Shown: piece after piece, positions 48,601 through 62,010 of the stretch
How the letters are laid out: each line of letters begins with the position of its first letter
How positions within the stretch are numbered: the first letter of the stretch is position 1
Source: Asterias rubens
Lineage: Eukaryota
Length of the DNA: 64,000 nucleotides
Direction of reading: 5' to 3'
Assembly (NCBI RefSeq): GCF_902459465.1
Contig: NC_047073.1
Location: 2,604,001 to 2,668,000 of the forward strand
Translations under genes and position numbers: made by a program
The notes under the pieces: generated by a model
Database searches by the model: none
Told to the model about the DNA's origin: nothing
Seen by the model: the letters and a program-made list of their open reading frames with translations, nothing else

Positions 48601-51600
48601 CTTATGCATAAGATGGGATAAACCAAGTGAGAGTACTGGTCTTTGACAATAACCAAAGGTGTCCAGGGGTCGACTTGGGTTAGGACTATTCCCAGGAGAT
48701 TATAAGTTAGGACAAAGTAACTTGTCCTAACTCGAGATAGGACTATGTCTTAACTCTTTGTGAAATCCAGTGTCCACCCCAGTACAGTAAACAGCTGTTG
48801 TGAATAATTTGTTTTTCAGAGTCCGTATGATGATCTTACCACGTTAGAATTGTTGGATTTCTGGATGCGTACAGTCACAAAGAGCCTGCCCTCAACGCCA
48901 TCAACAGGGAAGAAATCACCCCGGATCATTGTAATCGGTAGCCATAGAAATAGCCTGGGGGAAAATGAGATTGAACGTCAGTCACTTGTGAGTTATAAAC
49001 CAGCTTGAAAACACAATGAGCAAGTTCGAGTGCGCACATTTAGTCAACGTAAATGCGCAGGGACGCACTCACTCGTTAGTCAACCATCGGTACCATGGTA
49101 TTCAACACTCCATTGCCTTCTGCGTTTTCGCTACAGTGTCACTGGTTCCCCTCTGTGCTTTACAAATGTTAGCATGGAACAGGCTGTCAGGACAACTGAA
49201 GAAACCATAGGCTCGTGGCTGGTTCCAAATTGTCGACCGCAGTAGTCAATCAATGGTCAACCAGCCTGGATTTGAGTCAAAATAGTCAACCTTCAGTTAA
49301 CCATGGTACACACTTGAACCTCACAACTCTTTAAACAGTTACAGCTACTAACATATCAAATCTGGAATCACAAACAGCATGTACAAGAGTCCCTTATCGC
49401 GGATGGCCGGACGGACGGACAGACGCCAGACGGAAATTCGTATTATAGGCTCGCACTGCTCTGCAGCTAGCCAAAAATTAAGCATCTTTGACTGAAACAA
49501 AGCTCAAGTGTATGTTTGAAGATCAGGTCCCAATTTCATGGCTTTGTCTACTCTAAGCAAATAATTTGCGCTTACAGGAGCAGGGAATTCCACTCTTATG
49601 CAAACATATTTCACAGGTTACCAGGTAATATTTTGCTTCTGTGCTTGTGTAATCCACGTTACTAGGCATTCTTAACTTACTTGGCACAGATATTTGGCAC
49701 TAGCGCGTAAGCGGAGAACGGTCATCGTAGGCGTAGAGTTCGGCAGTAAGCAGAGCCATGAAATTGGGCCCGGTGCCAGGTCACAAACCCTCCCCCCAGA
49801 AACTCTATTACAAAGCTCTCTGTTCTTTAACAGGTTGAAAAGAAGTTTGCAAGAATCAAGACAGTCGTTAATGAGGCTCCATATCGCCACCATGTTGTAA
49901 CTCGATACTTTGCCGTTGAGAGCAGTGTGGAAGATTTTAATAACACTGAGGTATTATAACAATCATAACTAGTTTTTATATAGCGCATTTCACAATAATT
50001 TCTCACTGCGCTTTACATAAGTGCCCTGGTCATTGGGCCATTAACATTCCGGTGTTCCTGGTTTGATTGACAGCTTATTGCGCCTCAGCACCTTGTAAAC
50101 CATTACTCGGTGCTATAGAGGAATAGGTCTCATACTTTAAAAACTTAGCTCCACAATACCTCGCAGGAAAAATACTGAACGTTTTGATACACCAACCCAG
50201 TACTATTATTATCTTTTACAGATTACAGCACTGAGGCAGTCTGTCTGGGATTTACTGAAGTCGGATCAGCTTGTTGGGCAGGAAATTCCTCTGAAATGGT
50301 TACCGTTTGATGAAGTGCGACATGCCAGTCGGCCAATCCTGTCCCTGGCAGTGGTAAATACTAATAGATAATAATAACTAGTTGGTATATAAGCCCAATT
50401 TATAGTGACTGTATCAATGCGCTTTACAATAGTGCCCAGCAGCTGATTTCACGAAACGCTAGGATTAATCCTATCTGGAGTTAGGACTAGTAACTCGTCT
50501 TAACTTTAGATGTGTTAAATCCGTCCTAGCGTCTCGGATACGGAACTTAACTCGTCCTAAGTTTCTAAGATTAATCCCAAGTAAGGAAGAGTTTGGTGAA
50601 ATCGACGGCTGGTCATTTGGGCCAATAACCATACCTTTAATCTTTCTCAACTCCCTGGGGAGTTTACAGCCCTGGGCTGCCATGATGCTCCAAAGGCTTT
50701 TTCATACAAAATACCAACCTCTACCCTCGCAGGTACCAATTTATACGCCTGGGTGAAGAGAAGTAATCATAGTAAAGTATCTTTCTCAAGGACGCAAGTT
50801 TTACGACCGAGATTTGAACCCACACTCAACGATGATGACTTAACCCCAAGAACTTGAAATTGATGATCTACTAAACCACTCGGCCATGACACCCTATGTG
50901 CTAGAAAAACATTCCAACGAATTAGTTTATTTCACCACTCTTCAAGCTGCCATTATTTAAGAAATTATTTTGTTGATGCCCTGAAGCAAGTCGAAGGGGC
51001 ATAATAGTGATTGCCGTGTCCTTCTGTGTGTGTGTGTGTGCAATTATTGTCCAGGAGATTACTCTAGAAGGACTTGGCAAGTTTATGTATGGATTGGGGG
51101 CTTGGGATCCCCAGAAGCATATTGTTGGAGAGTTTTAAAGGCACTGAGCTCAATTGATAAGTACTCAATTAATGATTAGCATGAAAACAATTTGTTTAAG
51201 CAATAGAGAGCTGTTGATAGTATAAAACATTGTGAGAAACAGGTCCCTCTGAAGTACCGTAGTTTTTGAGAAGGAGGTAATTTCTAACTCAAATATTAAA
51301 AGACGTCAGGCATGAAGCCTTTTATTAGGCATGTGAAAGCAAAGGTGTCTAGTACCTTCAAAAATCAAGTTCAGTATGGATAAAACAAAACAATTTTTTT
51401 TTCAAGCGATAGCTTAGCACACATTCTTGTTTGTTGTTGCAGTTGAGAGCAGCCTCAGGGAATTCGTTCACGGACATGACAGAAGCAGAATTCAAGCTAA
51501 TGCTACAGCTCAATCGAGACCGGGGTCACATTTACTTCCAACCTAACAATGTTGAGACGGCTTTGAGTGGTGTCATTTTTATGGATCTCAATTGGTTGAT

Positions 51601-54600
51601 TGAAGTACTCATGAGATTTGTAGATGTTTCAAAGCCAACGGAACAGGTGAGAATTTTAATTAACTGAGATTGTTATTTGTATTTAAACCCATACACCGAT
51701 GTATTTCACAGATTACCAAGAACATGAGCCAGCCAGCTTGCGCATTCACCATTGATTTGCATTGTTTATGTCATTCATTTTCATACAGTAAGCACCAGAA
51801 GGTTAGCATGTTTTTTTCGTGTGCTTACGGTTAGCAGCGCTATGAAATGGAAACTCAGACAGTAAGCACAAAAGTGGCTGTTAAGCAGCTCTATGAAGTT
51901 AGGCTCTGATTTCTTAACCACTCGGTCAGTGCAAATTGTGTGTTTTGGCAGCATTTAATAATTGCGAACAGATTACTGTTCCGGTTTCTGCCATACACCA
52001 TATAGCATATGGCTTTCAGAGTCCTTTAGCAAGAATTTAAAACTCTAGTTCCGCCCCCAGGCATTCCAGAGATGATGTCTTTACTACTAGACCACAGATG
52101 ATGTATCTTATCTTTTTTAGTCGCCAGCTCTTTTGAAATCTTGGAAGAGATTGACAGAAGAAGGTATAATGGAGGAATGTCTGATTAACCACGTCTTGAG
52201 AGATAAACTCAGTGAGGGGCAAGAAGGGACCACTGACTCCACCCGGGATGCAAAACAAGCTGTCATAGACCTGTTGTGTCACTTAGACATGATGTGTCCA
52301 CAACATCCACAACCAAATCAGGTTAGTAATGCATACACTGATATATTGTGGTGATATGTGGTGATATGTGGTATGCAATAACTGAGACATCGTGGTGATA
52401 TGTGATAAACAGTAACTGAGACATCAGGGTGATATGTGATGTAAAGTTACTGTTCACACTTTGAAAAGTCATATCCTGCAGACAACCTTTTTTTACTATC
52501 CTTCAATTCATACAAGGTGTCAGAAGTTGAAACTCGAAATCAAATTTCTACAAAAATAGAAATGTGTGGACCATTGTGAATCACCAAAACTTCACGCTAA
52601 AAATTTTGTTTTGAATGTGCTGCATGTGAAGTGGGGACTTGTATTTTTGAAGATTGACTGTTCATTCCGTTACTATTTCAGGGAAGAGAAAATGAGAAAC
52701 TGGCGAGGCAGGGAACCAGTGAGCATTCATATTTCACGCATTTACACCTCAGCCCTACTAGATCTAACAAGATGGACACCAATGATCCTTCGTCGTCTCA
52801 TGTCTTCTATATTGACTTCATGCATTTCTTGCCCGGTATGTGACCCACTAGCGTTTAGCCAATAGACCAATCAATAAAGCCACTGCCAGATGTACTGACT
52901 AACCACAGCTGAGACTGCAAACATGAAAAAGCATTCTTACAAACCTAAACACTATTATTTGGCACTGTATACTCAGTGCCTCCCGGGTTCTGCAGGGAAA
53001 AGTATCCACAGGCATTCTATATTCGGGTGGGATTTGAACCCATGGCCCCTGCCATTCCATGACAGTTGTCTTACCACTAAACAATAAAAATAATATTAGC
53101 AGGCATTTATAGGTCGCTCTTACACAGGGTACCACAGCACTTTACCTGTGAAACTATACAATAAGCAAACAAATAAGGGCACTAATAATGGGAAAACAGT
53201 TTTGTCTTTGCAGTCAACCATTGAACAGGAAAGTTTTAAGACGTTTCTTGAAAACTTCAAGGGACTACTGGAAACGAATTTGATGAGAGAGACGGTTCCA
53301 ATAGCAACTGAGCTTTATAGGGGACACAGAGTGAATCCAGTTGGAAACCCAAGACAATTATTCCAGGCAGTTGCTCAAACCTCTTGTGCTTAAACATGTT
53401 AAAACATCAGAAGCATCCTCTTGCACATTCGTTAAAAAGATGAAATTTGGGTTATTTTATTGTTTTATGTTTTATTTGGGATTTCTACGGACATATATAT
53501 TTGTTTATATAGAGATGACATTTTGTTATCCATGCACAAAGCTATACTACAGAAGTTCAAAATTGTTTACTTGTATTTTGTTTTCCATAGAGGGTATTTT
53601 TCGTCGTATTGTGGTGCGAGTTCTTCGATGGACACAGCAAAAGGGAGATGAAGAACCAAGACTAATCCATAAAGGGATAAGTTTCTTCTTCGATGTTGAT
53701 CATGAAGTCCAAATTAAGATGTCATCTCTCAAGATGGCTTACATCAAAGTGAGTTTATTTGATAGGACGTAGGACTAGCCGTCAGTTTGTAATAACTCCT
53801 AAAGAGTCTTAGGACTAATCTTAAAGACTCTGGACACCTTTGGTAATTGTCAAAGACCAGTCTTCTCACTTGGTGTATCTCAACATATGCACAAAATAAC
53901 ACACCTGTGAAAATATGAACTCAATTGGTCGTCAAAGTTGCGAGATAATCATGGAAGAATTTTTTTTCTTGTCACATGAAGTTGTGTGCTTTCAAATGCT
54001 TGATTTCGGGACCTCAAAATCTAATTCTGAGGTCTCGAAATCTAATTCAAATATTTTAATGGAAAATTACTTCTTTCTCAAAAACTTCATTACTTCAGAG
54101 GGAGCCGTTTCTCACAATGATTTATACTATCAACAGCTCTCCATTGCTAGTTACCAAGTAAGTTTTTATGCCAACAATTATTTTGAGTTATTATCAATAG
54201 TGTCCAGTGCCTTTAAGTTAAGACTATCTTTGTGAAGTTGACCCCAAGCGTTTTGTTATGTCAAACCTGCTGGAGGGGCCTAAACACAAAATTTGTCTTG
54301 TTTGTATCAGGTGTGCATTAGAAAACCAGCTGTCGTGAAAACATCCAAGCGACAATCATCACATCAAATTGAAAAAGAATCTGCACCATCAAGTGTCATC
54401 ACACGCAAGGTAGGACAGAGTTTATCAACTGTATATAACCTTGCTGGGCCCAATTTCATAGAGCTGCTAAGCACAACAATTTGCTTAGAATTAAGTTTCT
54501 TCCTTGATAAAAACACTATTAACCAACCATATTTCCTTGTGATTTTCAGGATTAAGCAAACAACAACTGTATACCAGTAACAAGCAATATGTAGCAAAAG

Positions 54601-56604
54601 TAAATTTGGTTTGTAATCCTGTTTTTATCAAGGAAGAAATCTCATGCTAAGCGCATTTTTGTGATTAGCTGCGCTATGAAAGTGAGCCCTGATCAAACGG
54701 ACAGAGATGAGCAGACACAGCACTAATAATTATAATTAAAAAAATAACCAGTTTTTATATAGTGCTTTTCATATTGGACAGCAGTGCTTTCCCAAACAGA
54801 CAACGTCTTTGCAAATAATACAGCAAATGAACAAAATAGAAATTCACAGGAAGCAACCAATGAAAAAGATATTCTTAAAGTGCTTTCTTGAAAATAGGCA
54901 GCGAATTTGAGGTGCGTATGGTGATGGGGAGGTTGTTCCACAGTCCAGGAGCGGCTAAAGAAAAGGATTTATAGGCAGCAGATAGGATAGATTTGCTGAT
55001 TGGTTTATTTTAAGCAGGACGGGTGTTGTCTGATGCTGAGCAAAGAAGAGCTCTAGTCTGACTGTAAAGACTAACTCATGATGCAATTGGAAATAATAAT
55101 AGTAACAATAATAACTGGTTTTTATATAGCACTATATCACACCTGAAGGGCGTCTCAAAGCACTTCCAACATTATTACCCCTGGTCACTGGGCCTTAATT
55201 CATTTCTTAAACCATCTCAGCTCCCTTGGAGTATACAGCCTGTGCAACAATTAATGTACTACTTGGCTAAATCAATTACAATCATCTGGGTGGAGAGAAG
55301 CAATTATAGTGAAGTGTCTTGCTCAGGGACACAAGTGTCACGACCGGGATGCAAAACCAACCCTCTGCTGAACAGAAGCACTAGAGCTTTATTAAAATAA
55401 TTATTGGAAGTTCTCATTTGGTTTCATCCTCCCAAAGGTTAAAGACTTCCTCAGCGATATGTTGAATCCCGAGAAGTGCCCCTGGCTCCACGGCTTCCAT
55501 TTTTGTTTCTGCGTAAAGTGCCCTTGCAATGAAGAGGGCGCTCTTCACTTCCTGTCCATCGACGATTGTCTGGAAAAACAGCGGATACGGTGTCCGAGGC
55601 AACCAGATGTGAGGATTGATCCATCTGGGTTCAAGGAGATGTTTGATGACTCGGATTCTCAGCCTTCTCCCATTTGTGGTAAGTGTACTCATAAAGGCAC
55701 TGGACACTATTGAATATTACTCAAAATAATTTTTGGCATAAAAGTTACTTTTTAACGTGCAATGGAGAGCTGTTGATTGTATAAAACATTGTCATAAACA
55801 GCTCCCTCTGAAGAAACAGAGTTTTTGAGAAAGAGGTATAATTTCTCACTCGAATATTCAAAGACTTAAGGCCTGAAGCCTTTTTTGGGGGTATCTAAAT
55901 GGTGTTTTTTCTTTCATTATTCTCTTGAAACTTTGCTGACTTAATTGAGTCCAATTTTTTTAAAGATTTGATATTTTATGCATATTTTCTGTTGAGATTC
56001 ACTAAATGAGAATACTGGTCTTTGAGAATTATAAATGGTGGCCAGTTCCTGTAAGCTGATCTCTTTGTAAACTGTAGCGATCAATGGTCAATACAAAGTG
56101 TATTATACGTTAAAGAACAATACATTACAGTACAGTACAGTGGGTCACTTGGGGCTGGCCCTGGGTGCATGACGAGAGGGTGAGTGATCGTTCGATTAGC
56201 TCTTGTCAGGGGCTCACCCGTAAGTGAGCACCTCTGGGTCGACCCAGGGAAGCTAATCGAGTGCACCCTTGTAAAGACTGAAAGCACACATTTCATGTTT
56301 TGTTTTAATGTTGTTGTCTGTGCCAGATGATCATGTGATGAGTGAGAAACATCTGAGGCAAGTCGCCAAGAAGCTTGGTCCAGAATGGGAACAAGTAGCT
56401 GTGTTACTCGGCTTCAAGACTGCTGATCTCTATCGCTTTAAGAAAGATAACTATGGAACGGACGGCCAGATCTTCGGCATGTTGGTGGCATGGTCACATC
56501 AGGAAGGGGGAGATTTGAGACAGAAGGCCAAGAACCTTGGAGAGGCTCTGGGGGAGTGTGGACGCAAGGACGTGAAGGAGGAATTGGTCGATCCATATGT
56601 GTGA
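45666..56604 (+). CDS. ROCO-family protein: Neuralized (NHR) domain - Roc GTPase - COR - Cys/His-rich segment - Death domain, about 890 aa
   Basis: Exons: 45666-46140, 46720-46891, 47008-47105, 47653-47741, 48238-48324, 48820-48987, 49834-49950, 50222-50353, 51443-51646, 52121-52321, 52682-52835, 53591-53748, 54311-54409, 55438-55678, 56327-56604. All GT-AG, phases consistent, 2673 nt. NHR: FHSSCHGTNI..NGIVFSETPI..WTGVPRIGFTNQNP. P-loop: LMVVGQEGVGKTSL. Roc: IILLVFNL, LDFWM, RIIVIGSH, FAVES. COR: GQEIPLKWL, DLNWLIEV, FLPEGIFRRIVVR. Death: LRQVAKKLGPEWEQVAVLLGF..QIFGMLVAW..LGEALGECGRKDVKEEL. Confidence 0.88.
50600..50895 (-). mobile_element. tRNA-derived SINE, truncated
   Basis: Family body plus ATTTGAACCCACAC...CGGCCATGACACC head. 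Confidence 0.7.
53821..54216 (+). mobile_element. Near-complete T2/Kolobok-type MITE
   Basis: ttaaAGACTCTGGACACC...GTGTCCAGTGCCTttaa. Confidence 0.8.
55095..55390 (-). mobile_element. tRNA-derived SINE, decayed
   Basis: (AAT)n tail and ATTATTACCCCTGGTCA...AGTGTCTTGCTCAGGGACA body shared with 43003-43386. Confidence 0.7.
55691..56045. mobile_element. Degenerate T2/Kolobok-type MITE
   Basis: taaAGGCACTGGACACTATTG left end with a family body; the right end is decayed. Confidence 0.6.
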
Positions 56605-59600
56605 ATATAAAGCAGTTTTAAAGGGTTTAAAGGGTAAATAAAGCAACTGTAACAACACATGGTCCTTGGGTGATACTCTTTTGTTTCTCACTTTGTGAAT
56701 ACGAACATTGCTCTGTGATTTTCACGTTTTTTTTTTACTAAGAAGCTGAAACTTCTTCAGGTAAATTATAATACATACATCTTCATTCACAGTGAGTGGG
56801 GAATCATGTCATGCCGAAAAAAATTGATATACAAAAGTTATCAAAACCCTTTAAAGGGAGTTGTTTACGGAGATAATTGGAACCCACCGGTTGTTTTCAA
56901 TCCTGCATAGCTGTAGATATATCCATTAAACAAACCAGCGAAATTTCATTTTAAAAGGTGTTAGCGTTTTTGAGATATTGCCGAAGTCTAGTGCGGTTTT
57001 GTTCACGTAGGAAAAATAATCTGCAATTGGAATACACAATCTGAATCATAATAGTATAAAAAGTGGAGTTATTTGAATGAGAGATAAGTCAATTTATAGT
57101 GCATTTGGGTAGTTTCAAAGATATGCTTATATAATGACCTAGTGCAAGGACCTAGTGTTTTATTATTATCTATAAGGCCCCGATCTTTGACATTAGTAGT
57201 TTTTGGTCTTTAACATTTTATGTTAATGCGGTCTTGCTGTATTCATATTATTCCATATTATATAACCACTCCAGAAGTTTAATGTAAAACCAGTGGCATC
57301 ACTAAGGGCGTCCCACCCCGACCCCCATCTATTTTAACTTGGGGTGGGAATACAGAGTAACATGTTTCATTTTATAAACTTTAATGTAATGATTTTGATG
57401 TTTTTAAAACTGTTTCCATGTATATGTATAACATGTATTTTATTTTTAAGATACAGTAGACTACATAAAAAATGGCACTGGAAATGGGCCTGTTTAAGGA
57501 AAATGCAAACGGAAACTTTGCCAGAAGTGCCCCCATAGAGAAAAGAAATTGTGCACCCTTTGTGCTCCCCTTAAATTTTACCCTAGATACTGTGTGCTGT
57601 GTAAAACATATTCTCTTCAAAGTAATGTTTAGTTTAACTCTTTAACTTTAATATACAAAGTGCAATTTCTTCCTGAAATAATATTTTACATCTCTTTTAA
57701 AAATCAGTGTTGTCCACAGTTTTAATCATAATCTACGTATTTGTGTGTTATCCCAGTGTGTTTAAAAGGAGATTGCACGCCAAATCAGTGAATGGTTCTT
57801 TTATAAGTTGAACGAGTTCCGAGTACTAATTCCTTGTGTGTTCATTTTTCTTTGAATTGATAGATGTCAATAAATAGAACCAATGAGTGCGTTCTGAATT
57901 AACATTTTTTGTTTTTCTTTGCTTTATATACCACGCTGCAAGCAGCATTTGGAAAACTTAAAAGGCCTAAGTGTTTTTGTGTCCCACTCACAGAACAAGC
58001 GCTTATAATGATGAATTTATCTTCAAGCAAAATTAATTTCCAGTTGATCGTTCCCTCCCTCGTCCCTTTTTTGAGGCAGCAACATTTGTTTTCAAAAAGA
58101 CACATTTTCGGTGTATTTCTTATTAAACTAACTAATCTTTTAAGAACTTGTAACTACATAAAGTATAATAAGTGGTGACTTAAACTAAAGAATTGGTGGC
58201 CAGTAACATGCGCTTGGCGGTCACTTTGAAAAAAAAGAAAGAAAAAAAAATGGCCCTCATCCTTCGATCCTCCTCTTTTGGGAAAACCAGGGCGATCAAC
58301 TGGTATTTTTGTTTACTTCGCCTTAATTGGCATTTAACTTGTACCATACCAAATACATATTTCTGTGATTGTTAAACAACAATTTTTACAATAAATGCAA
58401 CAGGTGTTTTTTTCGCAGCTCAGAACAGATATTAAATAATTAATTTGCGAAAGTCCCGAGGCTACACGCGCCCGCCGAAGTCAACAAAGTTTGTGTCAAA
58501 ATTCTTGACCCGTGAACTACTAACAATAGAGTTTTGTTCACTTATTACATCGTTGAAAGTCGAAGCGCAACACTACAGTTATTGTCCGTTTTTCACCTCC
58601 TGCCCACGGTGTTTATGTTATAGCTTAATTGTTTTGTAAACAAACTTCCGGCTCTGTGTGCTGGCGCTGTACCGCACTGCAACCCACTCCGCATGTGGAT
58701 GGTACCCAAACGCCACAGCATACATTTTACACATGTAGATGAAATCGGTACCAGGCTCTCGCACGTTATATGATGCGTACCGTATATTAATCAGTAGGAT
58801 TGATGTAATGTATAAACAGAGTCGATCAAATTTATCACTACATTTTGAGGCGGATTTTCAACCTTTTTAGTCACTGCCTGGATGCGTGGAGTGGATGATT
58901 AACAGGTAAGAGATTCATTATTATTTTCAGTGGAGAGATCGGATTTATTATATTCGGGATTGGCATTTAAACAAACGCCAATTCAGTACAAGTTCGATGT
59001 CCCCGTTCAATGCGTAATTCATGGGCTTCGCCGTTCACAGTGTGCGGCAGGTCCGTGTGGTTGGTAGACTACCTCCCCGGGTTCGTTGACTGAATACATT
59101 TTCGGACATCTTACCAACTCGACCTTTTGTTAAGCTACATCAAATCACGGTGATCAAGAGGCCTTGTGGTCTGGAAATGTTGCTTTTACTAAAGAAAATA
59201 TCCAAAGACCGACCGACTCTTTATTGTTTTGATCATCATCATGCCGACGACGTCAATGATGAGATGAGAATAAACTGTTAGTGTTGTTGATGTCATTATA
59301 TAGTCAAAAAGATAGACAGTGCAATCAAAGTCAAACAATGTGTTTCGAAATATAGAAAGGGTTGCGGTAACACCATGTAATGACTATCTCTCATGAGTTT
59401 CGAAATGAAAGTTGATTGATTTGAATTGAAATAAATCATATGATTATTTGATTTAGGCCTATATAATTAATAATGACAAATAAATTTGTTTCACATCACA
59501 AGCAATTGATTTAGTTTCGAAGAGCCAATATCACTAGGCCCTTTAATCTTATTTTTAGACAGCGCAGTATCACCACACACCTACTTACACTTTACAGTAA

Positions 59601-59951
59601 CTTAGTTGCGGTAATCGTTACCCCTCCCCCTCCCCCCACCCCTAACAGCGGGAGGGGAGGGTTACGCTTATCGCAAGTAATCCCTAACTAAAGAAGTGTA
59701 TCAAAGTGTGCAGTATTTTTTTGGCAAACAAGTTTTGTTCCAGGTGAAGATAGAGACCTTCAGCTTGTTCATTTAGTGTCAGTTGCAGTGATTCTATGGC
59801 TAGACCCGGTTTCTTCTAATCTTGTCAGAGGATCAGGACCAGGTTAGAAGTAGAACGATAAATCACCAACAAAAGTAAACAAGCATTTGGGAAAACAAAT
59901 AATAGGCTATGTTTGTTAGAGGACTGTGTAGTTTTTCCATTGTTACATATA

Positions 59952-60127
59952 CAGGCCTGATACTTCACGGAGGCAACGGAGGCGATTGCCTCCGTTGCCC
60001 CTTGTCATTGCCTTGGTGCCCTTGAAATGCTCCAGTAGAAATTTACAATTTTGTCATAAGGTGCCCTTTGTCAAAGAGAAATTGCCTTGGTGCCCTTGCC
60101 CTTTCAAAAACGAAGCATACAGCCCTG
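59952..60127 (-). mobile_element. 176-bp CAGG...CCTG MITE with a 6-bp TSD
   Basis: Flanked by catata/catata (59946-59951, 60128-60133). Confidence 0.8.
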
Positions 60128-60672
60128 CATATATTTTCCAGAGTTGACACCCAAAATTACGCTCATAGTTCGGAGGTGCGTTCTGTATCGTGTAAGAAAT
60201 CAGTAGCTCCCCCTTGCATAACGCTAAACGCTTTCCAGGTATGCTGAGGTCACACGCAAGTTTTTATGCACAGAGAACAGCTATTATCCAATGATCTGGC
60301 TCCTTTTTGAGAATGTGACATCATACAGTGGGTCTATAGGGATTATTCTTCCTGCATGGGCATTATTCGCTCCAGAGTTTCGGAGATTACAGTATCTCAA
60401 AAATGCAGCCGCCTTTTGAAATGAAATTTATTGTTACATTTGTAGGATTGAAACAATCGATAGGTTCCAGAAACCCAAAAAATGCATTGCCTCTATTGCA
60501 ACAAACATGTATGGCTATACTATTCTTATTTTTATTATTCTTTATTTGTTATGAACTCCAAACGAGAACATTTTCAAACGTCTGCTGAAAACTAAACCTG
60601 TTTACTCATTAATTTTTGTAAAGCGCTTCGGGACTGTTGTGTGAAGCGCTATATAAGTGCCGTTCATTATTA

Positions 60673-61089
60673 TTAAAGGCACTGGATACTATTGGTAATT
60701 ACTCAAAATAATTGTTAGCATAAAACTAACTTGGTTGGTAATGAGCAATGGAGAGCTGTTGATAGTATAAACAATTGTGAGAAGTGACTCCCTCTGTTCT
60801 ACCTCCATGCTCTGAAGTAACATTGGTTTTGAGAAAGAGGTAATTTCTCGCTCAAATAATAAAATACTTCAGGCCTGAAGCCTTTTCCTATGAATCTGTT
60901 GGCAAACAAAGTTGTGCAACCAGTGGGTTGTTTCTTTCATTATTCTCTTGCGCATTCGATGACCAATTGAGACTTGAGTCAAAATTTCCACAGGTTTTTT
61001 GTTTTAGGGATAATGTACATGAAGTATGTTAGGATACACCAAGTGAGAACTGGTCTTTGACAATTACCAAACGTATCCAGTGCCTTTAA
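60673..61089. mobile_element. T2/Kolobok-type MITE
   Basis: ttaaAGGCACTGGATAC...GTATCCAGTGCCTttaa: perfect 13-bp TIRs with TTAA flanks. Confidence 0.85.
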
Positions 61090-62010
61090 GCCTAATAAAG
61101 AACAGGATTCTTAGTTAGTTGGTCAGGTGCTATGTACGGATTTTCAATCTGGCCATATTTCATGTGGGCCACTTTTTCCATGAAATATTCACAAAGTGAG
61201 AAACAAAACAGTATCCACTATTAAGTACCATGTGTTGTTACAGTTGTTTAGAAACCACAGTCAGGGGGGGGGGAAGTATTCGATCACCCACCAATTATAA
61301 AGAGTCTTGGTCCTGCACAAGTCAGCAGAATTCAGGGATACGGTATCCGTAGTGTCTAATGATGTAATTCCTTCTAGAATTACCGCGTCAAGTGACGAAA
61401 ACTTAGAATTCAAACAGTTTCAGTTTTGTAGTGAGAGAAAAAATACAAAACTTCCGTATGAACAGAGACTCTTGTTTCTCGTGATGATTACCATCTGTAA
61501 TGTGTCTTGGCACTTTGTCCTGTCAATGGAGATACATGGCATGGGTATAGGGTTACGCCCCGAGTCCCCATTGGTTGATCGTCCCATTCCTCCATAAAGG
61601 TCCAAAAAAAAAAGACATGAAAGTTTCATGTCTTTACTTGGGACCATTATTTAAAGGTCATGCATTACAAAGAAAGAGCCACAGAGCTTGAACTTCCTGT
61701 GGGCAGGATTTGTATACAGCTTAATGTTCCAAGAAAACTTTTGGTTATGATGAAGAAAAGGGTCAAAACTCGAAACTTGTCCAGGTCTTGAAATAAATCA
61801 TGGATCACTTTTGCTGTGGTGCCCTCAAAGGTTCTAACTCACATTTACTGTCAAAAGTACAATTTACTGTAGCAAAAAGGTCAAACTATGCCAGCATCCC
61901 CTAATCACCATAGTGATTTGCACTGTGACATCTTACTGAGCAATTACAGCAATTCAGTGGCTTCAGTGGCTAATAAATTCAGTGGCTAATAAAATAACGG
62001 AGACCTTCAT

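Noticed and set aside
53214-53393. Acceptor-like tttgtctttgcag followed by 59 open codons inside the ROCO gene
   Set aside because: Phase 0 does not fit after exon 52682-52835 (phase 1), there is no suitable donor, and the COR sequence is complete without it. It could only be a minor alternative terminal exon.
58906-58930. Apparent GT...AG mini-intron in the promoter-like region
   Set aside because: 25 nt is too short for a spliceosomal intron; the exon structure here cannot be resolved from sequence alone.
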